Shown in pieces: positions 61,617-62,450 of a stretch of 62,450 nt of DNA. Position numbers and translations under genes: made by a program. The notes under the pieces are model-generated. The model had not been told where the DNA came from. It did not search any database and was given only the letters and a program-made list of their open reading frames with translations. Position 1 is the stretch's first letter, and every line of letters begins with the position of its first letter. Source of the stretch: a virus (Duplodnaviria > Caudoviricetes); the IMG/VR virus record IMGVR_UViG_3300014720_000036, positions 1 to 62,450 of that record. One strand, written 5' to 3'.

Positions 61617-61765
61617 ATCTCTATCTATGGATTACGGCGACAGGACTCCCCTGACGGTGACTCCGTTCTGTGCGCCCAGCACACTCGACCCCGAGATGGT
61701 GCTGCCGAGCGGCATGGAATCATCGGACACCCACAGCCCGATGAATGTGGCTGTGGTTGGGAGAA

Positions 61766-62116
61766 TCAGCGGTTGTGCAGCGGTTCGCTGCGGTAATTGT
61801 CGTACTCCACCGACCCGTAGTCGATGGTGTAGTCCCCGCCGATCCCCGAGTAGCGAACCTTCAGCCCCCGCCGTGCAGCAGCCCTGACGAGAGTATCCCA
61901 CGCAACCTCGTTTTTCTTGATCGCCTCACGCTCGGCTCGGCTCACATTCCATGAGTCGGTCGCCGCTGCGGAGACGCTTTGCAAGTCGATCCGCTGCAAC
62001 GCCCGCACGATCCCCTCGTCCTTGGAGATGTCGTACTGCCAATAGACACGCTCCCCATACACACGGACGGTCATCTCGGTCGGGTTCTCTTCGGATTTGT
62101 TCATGGTGTTCTCCAT
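61766..62116 (-). CDS. Early hypothetical protein
   Basis: Start MENTMNK directly after a sigma70-like promoter. Confidence 0.65.
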   Translation of the reverse strand: MENTMNKSEENPTEMTVRVYGERVYWQYDISKDEGIVRALQRIDLQSVSAAATDSWNVSRAEREAIKKNEVAWDTLVRAAARRGLKVRYSGIGGDYTIDYGSVEYDNYRSEPLHNR

Positions 62117-62122
62117 GCCCAA

Positions 62123-62151
62123 ATCATACCTTATCTTTCTCCGCAAAGCAA
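62123..62151 (-). promoter_or_regulatory. Sigma70-like early promoter TTGCTT-N17-TATGAT
   Basis: ATG 6 nt downstream of the -10 box. Confidence 0.55.
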
Positions 62152-62173
62152 CCCCATCGGGAGGATTTTCCGA

Positions 62174-62428
62174 CTACCCCTTGGCGGCGAACCGTTCCTT
62201 CTCTTGTGCCAGTTTCTCCAATCGCTTGGTCAGGTTGCTCTCGGCATGACGCTTGACGGCATCGAAGGTGTCTCCTCGGAAACTGCCCATGCCGCTCTGC
62301 CACCTGCCCCAATAGCCCTTGGAGATGTAGGTGTCCTCCACAACATGGTGGAGATACATGCCATCGGTCGTGACGAGGTAAACCTCGCTTGCCCTGCACC
62401 GCCTGTCGTAACTACTCATTTTACACAT
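62174..62428 (-). CDS. Hypothetical protein (start may lie beyond the window)
   Basis: Minus-strand ORF at the window edge. Confidence 0.5.
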   Translation of the reverse strand: MCKMSSYDRRCRASEVYLVTTDGMYLHHVVEDTYISKGYWGRWQSGMGSFRGDTFDAVKRHAESNLTKRLEKLAQEKERFAAKG

Positions 62429-62450
62429 CGGCTTGCTGCCGACGAAGTAC

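Overview
This window is a 62.5-kb internal segment of a large, GC-rich (about 60% by eye) T4-like myophage, and almost every gene is on the minus strand. Core replication genes are present: primase gp61, helicase gp41, uvsX, DNA polymerase gp43, regA, gp62/gp44/gp45, thyX and dut. It also carries tail-fibre and collagen genes, an ~9-kb glycan biosynthesis cluster, three tandem DNA methyltransferases, five tRNAs and a tmRNA. A dockerin-like module and an outer-membrane beta-barrel suggest a Planctomycetota (Phycisphaerae-like) host; this is inference. Main highlights: (1) an apparent virion-cargo system, with 12 or more genes starting with T4 internal-protein-like capsid-targeting leaders and polyproteins (notably a 1185-aa ORF) built from small basic modules joined by repeated ES(A/V)-(D/E)-x-(L/V)-x-E linkers that resemble prohead-protease sites; (2) one such polyprotein carries a RimK ligase and a RimB-like protease next to an encoded poly-Glu tract; (3) uvsX is fractured by a natural split intein with an inverted HNH endonuclease between the halves; (4) a strand-biased TGCGCCCGTG repeat family is dispersed inside coding linkers; (5) there are several unexplained structured RNA candidates. 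All family assignments come from motif recognition, not database searches.
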